From the NCBI GenBank assembly GCA_964483435.1, contig CAZAAO010000001.1, forward strand, positions 1 to 53,985: a stretch of 53,985 nt of DNA, given 5' to 3'. This document shows, in pieces, positions 32,581 through 42,093 of this stretch (the first letter of the stretch is position 1; every line of letters starts with the position of its first letter). The notes beneath the pieces were generated by a model. It had not been told where the DNA came from, searched no databases, and was given only the letters and a program-made list of their open reading frames with translations. The position numbers were made by a program, and so were the translations under genes. The DNA is from an uncultured Candidatus Saccharibacteria bacterium (GTDB taxonomy: Bacteria; Patescibacteriota; Minisyncoccia; Phycocordibacterales; WO2-35-19).

Positions 32581-34677
32581 CTACTTCTTTTGAACGAAGT
32601 TTGGATCAGCGTCTTTGATCGAGAGCTTGAGTCGCCCCTTCTCATCGACATCCTTCACCACTATCGGCACCTGCATACCTATCTTCAAATAGTTTTCTAC
32701 CTTATCGATCCTAAACGGAGCAATTTCGGAGACATGCACGAGTCCATCGTCATTTTTGTTTAGCTTCACAATTGCACCAAACTCGGCGATGCGTACTACT
32801 TCCCCCACCGTCTTGTCCCCCTTCTTAAACTCGTGGACTATCGACTCGATTGACGAGCGCGCTTCTTCTGCACCCTTGGCTTCGCCCGTGATATAAACAG
32901 TGCCGTCATCCTCGATATCGATTTCGACACCTGTCTTTTCTTTGATCTCGTTGATCACCTTGCCTCCGGTACCGATAACCATACCGATCTGGTCTGGCCG
33001 TATCGTCATCACAAATATTCTAGGAGCATTTGGTGAAAGGTCGCTTCTTGGCGCAGGGATCGCCGCTTCAAGCACATCAAGTATTTTAAACCTAGCTTGC
33101 TTTGCCTTTTCAAATGCTTCCTTGAGTACGGTAAGTGGTATGCCGTCCACCTTTACATCCATCTGCACAGCAGTGACACCGTCGCGAGTACCAGCCACTT
33201 TAAAGTCCATATCACCATGCTCGTCTTCTGGTCCTTGGATATCTGTGAGCACTTTGTATTCCGAGCCACGAGACATGAGTCCCGAGGCAATACCTGCTAC
33301 ATGTTTCCTTATCGGCACACCAGCGTCCATGAGCGCGAGAGACGATCCGCAAACCGAGCCCATCGAAGTCGATCCGTTCGAAGAGAGTGCTTCAGAAACA
33401 ATGCGGATAGTGTAAGGAAATGTTTCCTTCGGTGGGATGAGCGGCGCTAGAGCCTTCTCCGCGAGAGCGCCGTGACCTATCATTCTGCGATTTGTACTTC
33501 CCACACGTCCTGTCTCACCAGTAGAAAATGGAGGGAAATTATAATGGTGCATAAAGCGCTTGTTGACCTGCAGGTCCATACCGTCGATCACCTGCGAGTC
33601 TCCCGGAGCACCGAGAGTGAGAGCCGAGAGTATGTGTGTGCCTCCGCGGTAAAATATACCCGTACCGTGAATGATCGAGCTTATGCCTCCCGCTTGAGCG
33701 AAGAGTCCTCGAAGATCGTCAAACCCTCTGCCGTCAATGCGCTTGTTTTGTTTGAGTGTGATATCGTGCACGAAGTCATTTACTGCTTCGTGATACATTG
33801 CCCTTGCCAGCTTGTGATCAGCCTCCAGCATCTCCTTATCAATCAGTGCAAACCACTCTTCTTCGAGTTCGTATATTTTCTTTTTACCAGGCTCACCCAT
33901 GATCGTCTCCATCTTGGAGAGAATCGTTGATTCAAAAAGGCTTTTAAGTACAGCTGGAATCTCAGGCTCTTTCACTTCTGCTTTTGGCACTCCTATTTCT
34001 TTTATCACCTTCTCTTGAAATTCTTGCAGCTTTTTAAGCTCCGCGTTTGCCGCTTCAAGTGCCTGATTCAAAACTTCTTCGGACACTTCTTTTGAGCCGA
34101 CTTCGATCATATTGATCGTGCCATCCTTACCACAAGCGATCACGTCGAGCTCATACTTTTCATCCTGTCGTACTTCGTATGATGGGTTCACAATAAACCC
34201 TTCCTCCCCTGCCTTCCTGCCGATGCGGACTGCCCCCACAGGGCCGTTCCAAGGTATAAAGGAAGTACCGAGCGCGAGAGATGCGCCGATCACTCCCAAA
34301 ATATCTGGGTCGTATTCGCCTAATGAGAGCGTAGTAATGACTACCTGCACTTCGTTGCGAAGATTGTGATTGAAAAGTGGACGGATAGTGCGGTCTACGA
34401 TGCGACCCGAAAGGATCGCCTCGTCTGAGGGCCTACCCTCTCGACGTTGAAAGCGCGAGCCAAGTATCTGACCTGCTGCATAAAATCTCTCCTCGTATTC
34501 GACAGATAGTGGAAAGTAATCTACATCCTTCTCCCCTTTGGACATGACAGCGGTCGCGAGCACCGCGCTCTGTCCGTATCGCAAGAGGACCGAGCCGTGT
34601 GCGTTTTCTGCCAAGTCATTGAACTCGGCTACAAGCTCCACACCCGCGATCTCCGTGCTAAATTTTTTGGTCTGCAT
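32581..34677 (-). CDS. pnp: polyribonucleotide nucleotidyltransferase (PNPase)
   Basis: ORF trimmed to MQTKKFSTEIAG. Two RNase PH domains, then KH (GGKVINEI) and S1 (GEVVRIAEFGAIVKL) domains. Confidence 0.95.
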   Translation of the reverse strand: MQTKKFSTEIAGVELVAEFNDLAENAHGSVLLRYGQSAVLATAVMSKGEKDVDYFPLSVEYEERFYAAGQILGSRFQRREGRPSDEAILSGRIVDRTIRPLFNHNLRNEVQVVITTLSLGEYDPDILGVIGASLALGTSFIPWNGPVGAVRIGRKAGEEGFIVNPSYEVRQDEKYELDVIACGKDGTINMIEVGSKEVSEEVLNQALEAANAELKKLQEFQEKVIKEIGVPKAEVKEPEIPAVLKSLFESTILSKMETIMGEPGKKKIYELEEEWFALIDKEMLEADHKLARAMYHEAVNDFVHDITLKQNKRIDGRGFDDLRGLFAQAGGISSIIHGTGIFYRGGTHILSALTLGAPGDSQVIDGMDLQVNKRFMHHYNFPPFSTGETGRVGSTNRRMIGHGALAEKALAPLIPPKETFPYTIRIVSEALSSNGSTSMGSVCGSSLALMDAGVPIRKHVAGIASGLMSRGSEYKVLTDIQGPEDEHGDMDFKVAGTRDGVTAVQMDVKVDGIPLTVLKEAFEKAKQARFKILDVLEAAIPAPRSDLSPNAPRIFVMTIRPDQIGMVIGTGGKVINEIKEKTGVEIDIEDDGTVYITGEAKGAEEARSSIESIVHEFKKGDKTVGEVVRIAEFGAIVKLNKNDDGLVHVSEIAPFRIDKVENYLKIGMQVPIVVKDVDEKGRLKLSIKDADPNFVQKK

Positions 34678-34785
34678 GGTTTTCACATTGGGACCAATTC
34701 TTGAATGCTTCTGCCCCCAAGCCTTTGGGATCAAAAATACTCAAAAATTAGTGTCCCGTTACTTCTAATGCCCTCAATATATCAC

Positions 34786-34813
34786 AAAACAGCCCCCTCG
34801 CGGGGGCTGTTTT
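34786..34813. terminator. bidirectional hairpin terminator between fusA and pnp
   Basis: AAAACAGCCCCC TCGC GGGGGCTGTTTT. Confidence 0.75.
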
Positions 34814-34864
34814 GTCTTCCCTCCCCTGCACAAGGGGAGGGTGCCCGGTAGGGCGGGTGAGGTT
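34814..34864. repeat. GC-hairpin/G-tail repeat family 1, copy 3
   Basis: GTCTTCCCTCCCCTGCACAAGGGGAGGGTGCCCGGTAGGGCGGGTGAGGTT abuts and overlaps the fusA stop codon. Confidence 0.8.
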
Positions 34865-37022
34865 ACTTACTTCTCGTCTCAATAATATTTTGAGCTACGT
34901 TTGGAGGGACGATTGCGTAGTGATCAAATTCGATGTTTGCGCTACCGCGGCCTTCTGTCATCGAACGGAGAGTCGTTACGTAGCCGAAGAGCTCTGCGAG
35001 TGGCACCTTGGCCTTGACCACCTTGAGTCCAGCTCGATCATCCATAGCTTCGATAGCACCACGCTTTGATGAGAGGTAGCCAGTGACATCGCCCATAAAC
35101 TGCTCTGGCACAACTACTTCTACTTTCATCACAGGCTCGAGGATCACAGGCTTTGCTTTTTTAGCAGCTTCCTGGAATGCCTGAGAGGCAGCGATCTTAT
35201 ACGCGATTTCAGAAGAGTCCACATCGTGGTAAGAACCGAATGTAAGCTCACAAGACACATCAGTCATCTTGTAGCCCGCGAGGATACCGCGATCCATCGC
35301 TTCCTTCACACCCTTTTCTACTGCTGGGATAAATTCAGCTGGGATCACACCACCCTTGATAGAGTCAATAAACTCAAATCCTTCATCGCGATGTACGTTT
35401 TTAGGAAGCTTTGCTTCTGGATCTGCAAGTGGTTCGAGAGGTTTGACGTTGAGTTTAACGTGACCGTACTGACCTTTACCACCAGTCTGTTTGATATATT
35501 TGGTTTCTGCTTCGGCGTTGCTTGTGATGGTCTCTTTGTAAGCCACCTGTGGAGCACCGACGTTTGCCTCCACGTTGAACTCGCGCTTCATACGATCGAC
35601 GATAATATCGAGGTGAAGCTCACCCATACCAGAGATCACGGTTTCGCCAGTATCAGAGTCTGACTTCACTCGGAATGTTGGATCCTCATCAGAAAGTCTC
35701 TTGAGGGCGAGACCCATTTTTTCCTGGTCGGCCTTTGTTTTTGGTTCGATGCGGAGAGAGATCACCGGCTCTGGGAAGTGGATTTCTTCAAGAATGATCG
35801 GGCTGTTTTCATCAGAAAAAGTGTGCGAAGTCTTAGCATCCTTCAAACCTACCGCAGCTGCGATTTCACCTGCGAATACTTTTTTCACTTCTTCACGCTT
35901 GTCTGCCTGGAGACGTACGATACGTCCAAGTCTCTCTTTGTCGCCTGTTGTCGCGTTATAAATATAAGAGCCCGCTTCGATAGTACCTGAGTATACTCGG
36001 AAGAATGTAAGCTGACCTACAAATGGATCTGCCTGGAGTTTGAAAGCAAGCGCACAAAATGGCTCGCTGTCTGATGGATGTCGCTCGATTTCTTCACCTG
36101 TGTTTGGGTTTGTACCCTTGATAGCTGGGATGTCGAGAGGAGATGGAAGGTAGTCTACCACTGCGTCGAGCACAAGCTGCACACCTTTGTTTTTCAAAGC
36201 TGATCCACAAAATACGGGGAAAACAGCGTTTGCTACGACTGCCTTGCGGAGAGTTTTCTTGAGAGTATCTAGTGGAATCTCTTCCCCTGCCAAATATTTT
36301 TCCATCAAGCTCTCGTCGTTTTCGACTATTCTCTCTACGAGCTCTGCTCTGTATTTTTCGGCATCAGCTCTCAAGTTTTCTGGGAAAGGTACTTCGATCA
36401 CGTTGTCACCGAGTTTACCTTCGAAGTCAAAAGCTTTCATTTGGAGGAGATCTACTACTCCCTCATGGTTGTCTTCCTCCCCTATTGGGATCTGCATACG
36501 TACAGCCTTTTTAGAAAGTCTGTTCAAGATAGATTGATATGATTTTTCAAAGCTTGCGCCTGTGCGGTCGAGCTTGTTGACAAAGCAGAGACGAGGCACA
36601 TTTGCTTCTTCAGCGTAGCGCCAGTTTGTCTCTGACTGAGGCTCTACACCAGCCACACCATCGAAGACACACACCGCACCGTCGAGTACGCGCATTGAGC
36701 GCTTCACCTCTACGGTAAAGTCGATGTGGCCCGGAGTGTCGATAATATTGAAACGAAACTTATTTTCCTTCTTGTTTCTTTCTTCTTGAGAAAGATATGT
36801 TGGTCCCCAGAAACATGTGATCGCAGCAGCAGTGATCGTGATACCGCGCTCTCTTTCCTGCTCCATCCAGTCGGTCGTAGTCTGACCATCGTGCACTTCA
36901 CCGATCTTGTGCTGTGAGCCGGTGTAGTAGAGGATGCGTTCTGATGTGGTGGTCTTACCGGCATCGATGTGCGCGATAATACCGAAGTTTCTAACTCTTT
37001 CTAGGGGATAATCTCGTTCCAT
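34863..37022 (-). CDS. fusA: elongation factor G
   Basis: ORF trimmed to [26 protein letters not shown]-domain motifs DTPGH and NKLD; domains II-V present. Confidence 0.96.
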   Translation of the reverse strand: MERDYPLERVRNFGIIAHIDAGKTTTSERILYYTGSQHKIGEVHDGQTTTDWMEQERERGITITAAAITCFWGPTYLSQEERNKKENKFRFNIIDTPGHIDFTVEVKRSMRVLDGAVCVFDGVAGVEPQSETNWRYAEEANVPRLCFVNKLDRTGASFEKSYQSILNRLSKKAVRMQIPIGEEDNHEGVVDLLQMKAFDFEGKLGDNVIEVPFPENLRADAEKYRAELVERIVENDESLMEKYLAGEEIPLDTLKKTLRKAVVANAVFPVFCGSALKNKGVQLVLDAVVDYLPSPLDIPAIKGTNPNTGEEIERHPSDSEPFCALAFKLQADPFVGQLTFFRVYSGTIEAGSYIYNATTGDKERLGRIVRLQADKREEVKKVFAGEIAAAVGLKDAKTSHTFSDENSPIILEEIHFPEPVISLRIEPKTKADQEKMGLALKRLSDEDPTFRVKSDSDTGETVISGMGELHLDIIVDRMKREFNVEANVGAPQVAYKETITSNAEAETKYIKQTGGKGQYGHVKLNVKPLEPLADPEAKLPKNVHRDEGFEFIDSIKGGVIPAEFIPAVEKGVKEAMDRGILAGYKMTDVSCELTFGSYHDVDSSEIAYKIAASQAFQEAAKKAKPVILEPVMKVEVVVPEQFMGDVTGYLSSKRGAIEAMDDRAGLKVVKAKVPLAELFGYVTTLRSMTEGRGSANIEFDHYAIVPPNVAQNIIETRSK

Positions 37023-37105
37023 AATATCTAAACTAATAATTTTATAATTAATTGTTGTGGGCAATAAAAAATTCCCACAGGAATACGCAAACTATACTCT
37101 ATGTA

Positions 37106-37138
37106 TATAAAAAAAGCAAAAAACTCCCTTTCGGGAGT
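37106..37138 (-). terminator. intrinsic terminator/attenuator between rpsG and fusA
   Basis: ACTCCC TTTC GGGAGT flanked by an A-run and a T-run. The minus strand reads hairpin then TTTTTTGCTTTTTTT. Confidence 0.7.
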
Positions 37139-37147
37139 TTTTTGTTT

Positions 37148-37624
37148 TTACCAGGCAAAATGGGCGAACGCCTTGTTTGCTTCGGCCATCTTGTGGACGT
37201 TTTCACGTTTTTTGATAGCTTCGCTTTGAGGATCGTTTTTGCTTGCTAGTACTATTTCCTGAGCGAGCTTTTCTGCCATTGGCTTGCCTTTTTTAGCTCT
37301 TGCGGCGTCAATGATCCATTTCATAGAGAGGTATGAGCGGCGCTCTGGACGTACCTCGCGAGGTACTTGGTAGTTTGCACCACCGACTCGGCGAGATCGC
37401 ACTTCTACAGAAGGAGCAGTATTTTTGAGAGCCATGTCGAATACTTCAAGAGGACTTTCTACCTTTTCTCCTTCTTTGATGATATCAAAGGCACCGTACA
37501 CTATTTTGCGAGCAGCGTTTTTCTTGCCGCGCTCCATACAATAGTTGATGAATTTCTCCACCTTTGTGTTGCCAAACATTACATCTGGCTTAACAATATT
37601 TCGATTTTTTACTTTTCTTCTCAT
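37148..37624 (-). CDS. rpsG: 30S ribosomal protein S7
   Basis: 158 aa with SVEVRSRRVGGANYQVP; lies between S12 and EF-G. Confidence 0.95.
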   Translation of the reverse strand: MRRKVKNRNIVKPDVMFGNTKVEKFINYCMERGKKNAARKIVYGAFDIIKEGEKVESPLEVFDMALKNTAPSVEVRSRRVGGANYQVPREVRPERRSYLSMKWIIDAARAKKGKPMAEKLAQEIVLASKNDPQSEAIKKRENVHKMAEANKAFAHFAW

Positions 37625-37647
37625 TTTATTCTGTATCTATATTCGGT

Positions 37648-38064
37648 TTATTTTGCGTCCTTTGGTCTCTTTACACCATAAGATGAACGAGATGTGCGGC
37701 GCTTGTCTACTCCAGCAGCGTCGAGACGACCACGTACTATTGTATAGCGCACACCGATATCCTTTACTCTACCGCCACGAAGTACGACTACTGAGTGTTC
37801 CTGCAAGTTGTGTCCTTCTCCTGGGATGTAAGCAGTCACTTCCATACCATTCGTAAGTCGAACACGAGCGATCTTTCGGATAGCTGAGTTAGGTTTGCGA
37901 GGAGTCTTGGTAGTCACCTTCACGCATACACCTCTTTTGAAAGGTGCTGGGTAATAAACAGGCTGATTTTTGAGTGTATTAAATCCACGTGCCAAAGCTA
38001 CCGCTTTTGACTTAGCGCGAATGCTCTTTCTTTTCTTTCTTACTAGCTGATTGATTGTTGACAC
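37648..38064 (-). CDS. rpsL: 30S ribosomal protein S12
   Basis: ORF trimmed to the GTG at 38064 ([13 protein letters not shown]) with AAAGG upstream. [35 protein letters not shown]. Confidence 0.93.
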   Translation of the reverse strand: MSTINQLVRKKRKSIRAKSKAVALARGFNTLKNQPVYYPAPFKRGVCVKVTTKTPRKPNSAIRKIARVRLTNGMEVTAYIPGEGHNLQEHSVVVLRGGRVKDIGVRYTIVRGRLDAAGVDKRRTSRSSYGVKRPKDAK

Positions 38065-38117
38065 GTGTTTACCTTTACTTAAAAATAAATTGCACCATAA
38101 ATGCAATAAACGGGTAC

Positions 38118-38146
38118 AGTCTAATATAAAGACTTATAAAAAGCAA
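38118..38146 (-). promoter_or_regulatory. candidate promoter of the S12-S7 operon
   Basis: The minus strand reads TTGCTT-N17-TAGACT, about 50 nt upstream of the rpsL start. Confidence 0.35.
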
Positions 38147-38161
38147 ATACTCCCCCGCCTT

Positions 38162-38773
38162 TTATATATTAAGACCAGTGATGAGGCTAAAGATACTTTG
38201 AACGACCGGGCTGAGCAATTGCCAAAAGAGATAAGCAAACAAAAGCGCAAAAACAACGCCAAATTGCTCGAGAAAACCGCGGAATGCCATAAAACTATTG
38301 GGCAAAACGGCAAAGAGTATTTTGGAGCCGTCCAAAGGAGGTATCGGTATAAGATTGAAAATGCCTAAGGTTATGTTGATCAAGACGACAAAGGCGGAGA
38401 TAGAAATAAACGCCTCTCCACCAAAACCATATATATGAGCCAATCTTAGAATAAGTCCAAAAACAATAGCTAAAAAGAAGTTTGATACCGGCCCAGCAAG
38501 TGCCACAAGCGCCTCTCCAAAGCGCGCATTGCGGAGATTGTAGGGGTTGAAAGGTACTGGCTTTGCCCACCCGACCACAAAACCACCCAAAAGATAGCCT
38601 ATTAGTGGCACAAGTACAGAGCCGACTGGATCAAGGTGTCGAATTGGATTTAGTGTCAATCTGCCTTGATATTTGGCCGTAGGATCACCCAGAGCAAGCG
38701 CCGCAAATCCGTGAGAGACCTCGTGGACTACGACCGACATTATGACTATTGCGATTAAAAAGATAAAATCCAT
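38162..38773 (-). CDS. site-2 protease family (M50) zinc metalloprotease
   Basis: HEVSHG (HExxH) in the first TM helix, NLIPIPPLDGS motif, polytopic. Start taken at the ATG at 38773; the ORF-track start at 38779 is a TTG. Confidence 0.8.
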   Translation of the reverse strand: MDFIFLIAIVIMSVVVHEVSHGFAALALGDPTAKYQGRLTLNPIRHLDPVGSVLVPLIGYLLGGFVVGWAKPVPFNPYNLRNARFGEALVALAGPVSNFFLAIVFGLILRLAHIYGFGGEAFISISAFVVLINITLGIFNLIPIPPLDGSKILFAVLPNSFMAFRGFLEQFGVVFALLFAYLFWQLLSPVVQSIFSLITGLNI

Positions 38774-38798
38774 TTGCAATTTGTATATATTATGATAG

Positions 38799-38811
38799 CA
38801 TAATGCCCGTT
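38799..38811 (+). promoter_or_regulatory. -10 element (CATAAT) 7 nt from the rpmB ATG (leaderless candidate)
   Basis: CATAAT GCCCGTT ATG. Confidence 0.35.
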
Positions 38812-39054
38812 ATGGCAAAGATTTGTGCAATCACAGGAAAATCATCCCTAGTCATGGGCGGCTACTCAAACCGCACCCGTGCTACGCAGTTTAACCCAGT
38901 TGGCGTTAAGCGCCGTTTTGCTAATATCCAAAAAAAGCGCATCTTTGTCCCTGAAATCAACAAGACTCTCACTCTTAACCTTTCCGCTCGAGGTATCAAG
39001 ACTATTCAAAAGAAAGGCGCTTACGCAGCACTCAAAGACGCTGGAGTAATATAG
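38812..39054 (+). CDS. rpmB: 50S ribosomal protein L28
   Basis: MAKICAITGKSSLVMGGYSNRTRATQF... Start chosen at the second ATG, giving a typical L28 N-terminus. Confidence 0.88.
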   Translation: MAKICAITGKSSLVMGGYSNRTRATQFNPVGVKRRFANIQKKRIFVPEINKTLTLNLSARGIKTIQKKGAYAALKDAGVI

Positions 39055-39076
39055 TCCGTTTCTTACTTCTTTTTTT

Positions 39077-39120
39077 CTTGTCCCCCTCTCTTAACTTAAG
39101 AGAGGGGTTAGGGGTGAGTT
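39077..39120. repeat. GC-hairpin/G-tail repeat family 1, subtype B, copy 4
   Basis: CTTGTCCCCCTCTCTTAACTTAAGAGAGGGGTTAGGGGTGAGTT. The last 13 nt supply the C-terminal codons and stop of the minus-strand gene. Confidence 0.7.
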
Positions 39121-39965
39121 ATTTCCAACCTCTTCCCATCACTCTCAAACACAATCCTCCCCAGTATATCCGTGCGGAGGATTTGTGTTTTTAGTTCATT
39201 TAATCTGTCTATCACCTCTTTATGTGGGTGACCGTACCGATTGTCCTTACCGGCTGAAATAATAGTATATTTTGGCGAAACTGCTTTAAGAAAGCTTTCT
39301 CCGCTCGAAGTTTTGGAGCCATGGTGACCCGCTTTTAGTACGTCTGCCTTTAGCTCTGGCAACAAGTGGGAGTTTACGATCTTGTTTTCTACATATATTG
39401 GAGCGTCGCCAGTAAACACAAACTCGCTCTCTCCATAGACAAGCCGTCCGACAATAGAAGCATCGTTTGTTTCCATATTTTGGCTTATCTCGCTCGGCGC
39501 AAGGACAGTAAAAACAGTTCCGCCGAAATCGATTTTTGAGCCGTCGCGAACGATTATCTTTTTTGATCTTTCATTCTGAATACTTTTTTGTAATTCAAAC
39601 CACAAATCAGTTTTGCCATCGAGACCGCTTTCCACAAAATTCTTAACATGGTATTTTTCAAAGACACTTGGTAAGCCGCCTATGTGATCCGCATCCGGAT
39701 GAGTAGCGATCACCACATCGATCGTCCTGTCATAAAACGGCATGACTCTGCCGAGCTCTCTCAACACACCCCTACCAGGCCCTCCATCAATAAGCATATC
39801 GGCACCATTCGGAGTCCTTATATATACAGCATCACCTTGGCCAATGTTTAAAAAAGCGACTATTAGCTTCCCCTTTTTCGATTCGAGAGCAGAATAGACC
39901 GAAACTGCCACAAGCACACCAAGGGCGCACAGTATAGCCACTCGTTTACGTAAGGAAAGATTCAT
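39108..39965 (-). CDS. signal-anchored metallo-beta-lactamase-fold protein, ComEC C-terminal-domain-like
   Basis: GQGDAVYI...MLIDGG, ATHPDADHIGG, GHHGS. Start taken at the ATG at 39965 (MNLSLRK). Confidence 0.8.
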   Translation of the reverse strand: MNLSLRKRVAILCALGVLVAVSVYSALESKKGKLIVAFLNIGQGDAVYIRTPNGADMLIDGGPGRGVLRELGRVMPFYDRTIDVVIATHPDADHIGGLPSVFEKYHVKNFVESGLDGKTDLWFELQKSIQNERSKKIIVRDGSKIDFGGTVFTVLAPSEISQNMETNDASIVGRLVYGESEFVFTGDAPIYVENKIVNSHLLPELKADVLKAGHHGSKTSSGESFLKAVSPKYTIISAGKDNRYGHPHKEVIDRLNELKTQILRTDILGRIVFESDGKRLEITHP

Positions 39966-40011
39966 AAACAAAATGATATACTAATTTCAATTAAAAATAA
40001 CTTTTACCAAT

Positions 40012-40602
40012 ATGTTTGAAGCACGTCAGTTTAATATCAGTGAATTGAAAGGTATTTCGGCAAAAAATATAGAGGAGCACATAAAGCTATACCAAGGCTA
40101 CGTAAAGCATGCCAATTTGATTTTGGATCATATCAGTGAACTTACTAAAGACTCAGAAAAGTATGCTTACGAGCTCGGAGAGATCCAGAGACGATTTTCT
40201 TTCGAATACAACGGTATTCGTAATCATGAATATTATTTCGCTTCTCTAGAAGGTGGTAGCAAGGAAATAAATAAAGAGAGCGAGCTCTACAAGGTTATCG
40301 TATACCTTTGGGGATCATTTGATGCTTGGCTCGCTCGATTCAAAGCTATCGCGATGACGAGAGGTGTAGGCTGGGCAATACTTTACTATGACCCAATCGC
40401 CCAAAGACTTCTAAATGCATGGGTGGACGAACAGCACCTAGGCCAACTTCAAGGCTGCAAACCAATTCTCGCACTCGACATGTGGGAGCACTCATTTGTG
40501 GCAGACTACCAGCCAAGTGGCAAAAAGCAGTATGTAGAAGACTTTTTCGAAAACCTCAACTGGAACGTTATTGAAAAAAACCTTGACGACGCGATCAAAT
40601 AG
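40012..40602 (+). CDS. Fe/Mn superoxide dismutase
   Basis: All four metal ligands are alignable: IEEH, RNHEYYF, DMWEH. 196 aa. Confidence 0.8.
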   Translation: MFEARQFNISELKGISAKNIEEHIKLYQGYVKHANLILDHISELTKDSEKYAYELGEIQRRFSFEYNGIRNHEYYFASLEGGSKEINKESELYKVIVYLWGSFDAWLARFKAIAMTRGVGWAILYYDPIAQRLLNAWVDEQHLGQLQGCKPILALDMWEHSFVADYQPSGKKQYVEDFFENLNWNVIEKNLDDAIK

Positions 40603-40626
40603 AAAGATAACCAAACCCGCACCGCC

Positions 40627-42093
40627 TTACGGCAGCGCGGGTTTGTCTTTTTTATTTAGCTTTCGATACAACGCAAAGCCAACCACATACAACACGAACA
40701 CTAACCAGAGAGGAAATGAGGAGATAGAGACTGTTGCGAGCGGTAGAGAGGATGCAAATTCGGCGAGGAGGATCATCGCTCTTGCACAAATGAAAGTGAC
40801 GAGAGCAAATGGCCAAGCGATGAGTCCGAAGTACGACGGCAGGAGACCCAAAAGACCAGTGATAAATCCCCCAAGCATGATTGCCGGCACAAGAGGTGGT
40901 ATTAAAATATTTACGATAAATGAGACTAGCGAAACAAACCCAGACATATAGATAAGGATAGGAAGCAAAAATACTTGCACGGCGAGAGTTGATGCAACTG
41001 TTTCTTGAAGTCCATACTTCGAAGTAACGAACCCGAGTCGGGTATAAAAAAATGGTGTAAGAGTGATAAGCCCAAACGTCGCCATAAATGAGAGTTGGAA
41101 AGAAGGATCATAAAGCAAGAGATCAGGATTCCATAAGATCATGGCAAATGCTGCAATGAAAAGAGCTCGCAAGGCATCAAACGGTCTACCGAGGTAACGT
41201 GCTAAGATCGCAAGAAGCGACATTAGCATCGCTCGAAGCACGGTAGCTCCGAGTCCGACCATAAGTCCAAAAAGTAAGATCGCGATCACTGCGCCAAAAA
41301 GACCTTGTCTCTTTTTTCCAAAATAATTTGCCGCATAGAGAAATGCCGATGCTACGATCGTGATGTTGTATCCAGAAAGTACTACGATGTGAATGATCCC
41401 CGCTTTCTTGAATCGATCTAAGAGAACGTCCCCCAGTGACTGCTTTGATCCAAACAAGACGCCTGCGATGAGCGAGCTATCTGGATCGGGTACGAACTTG
41501 CCTATCGAGTCAATAAATTTGTTTTTCAAATCAAAGAGGCTTCCTTTCAAACTCCGCTGCGATTCGATGAAAGTGATCTTCGGACGAAATATTTCATACC
41601 TGATATTTTCTTTACCGAGATAATTTACATAATCAAACTCCACTCCATTTTCAGATTCAAAATTTTTGGGCAGAGCAAGCTTACCCTCCACCTCGATCCG
41701 ATCCAAATACTTGAAACGCGGGAAAGGATTTGCGATGAGCAAAACGAGAGACTTTGATTGCGAGAGCGACGGCTCCACTGTATACCTCATACTAGTGTCT
41801 CTCTGATCAGGCTCGGAGACAATCACTCCTTGAAACTTAAAAGTCTGACCTACACGACCTTGAAGTACAGAGTCCTGAGTGTTGTCGGAAAGAAACACTC
41901 TGAGTATGCCAATGACAAAAAATGTGCAAACAAAAATTACTCTTTTGGATTTGAGAGTCTCCCTACTCCGATAAAGCAGTACGGACGAAGTGAGACACAA
42001 AAGTGCGGCTAGTGCCGCACCGTACAAACCAAAATAAAAATATTTTTCGAAAACTACCCCAAGTAAAAATGAAACCGTACTAACGTAGATCAT
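40627..42093 (-). CDS. comEC: ComEC/Rec2 DNA internalisation channel (membrane competence domain only)
   Basis: ORF trimmed to MIYVSTVSFLLG. N-terminal OB-like region plus a polytopic Competence domain. No MBL domain. Overlaps the rnhA stop by 14 nt. Confidence 0.8.
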   Translation of the reverse strand: MIYVSTVSFLLGVVFEKYFYFGLYGAALAALLCLTSSVLLYRSRETLKSKRVIFVCTFFVIGILRVFLSDNTQDSVLQGRVGQTFKFQGVIVSEPDQRDTSMRYTVEPSLSQSKSLVLLIANPFPRFKYLDRIEVEGKLALPKNFESENGVEFDYVNYLGKENIRYEIFRPKITFIESQRSLKGSLFDLKNKFIDSIGKFVPDPDSSLIAGVLFGSKQSLGDVLLDRFKKAGIIHIVVLSGYNITIVASAFLYAANYFGKKRQGLFGAVIAILLFGLMVGLGATVLRAMLMSLLAILARYLGRPFDALRALFIAAFAMILWNPDLLLYDPSFQLSFMATFGLITLTPFFYTRLGFVTSKYGLQETVASTLAVQVFLLPILIYMSGFVSLVSFIVNILIPPLVPAIMLGGFITGLLGLLPSYFGLIAWPFALVTFICARAMILLAEFASSLPLATVSISSFPLWLVFVLYVVGFALYRKLNKKDKPALP

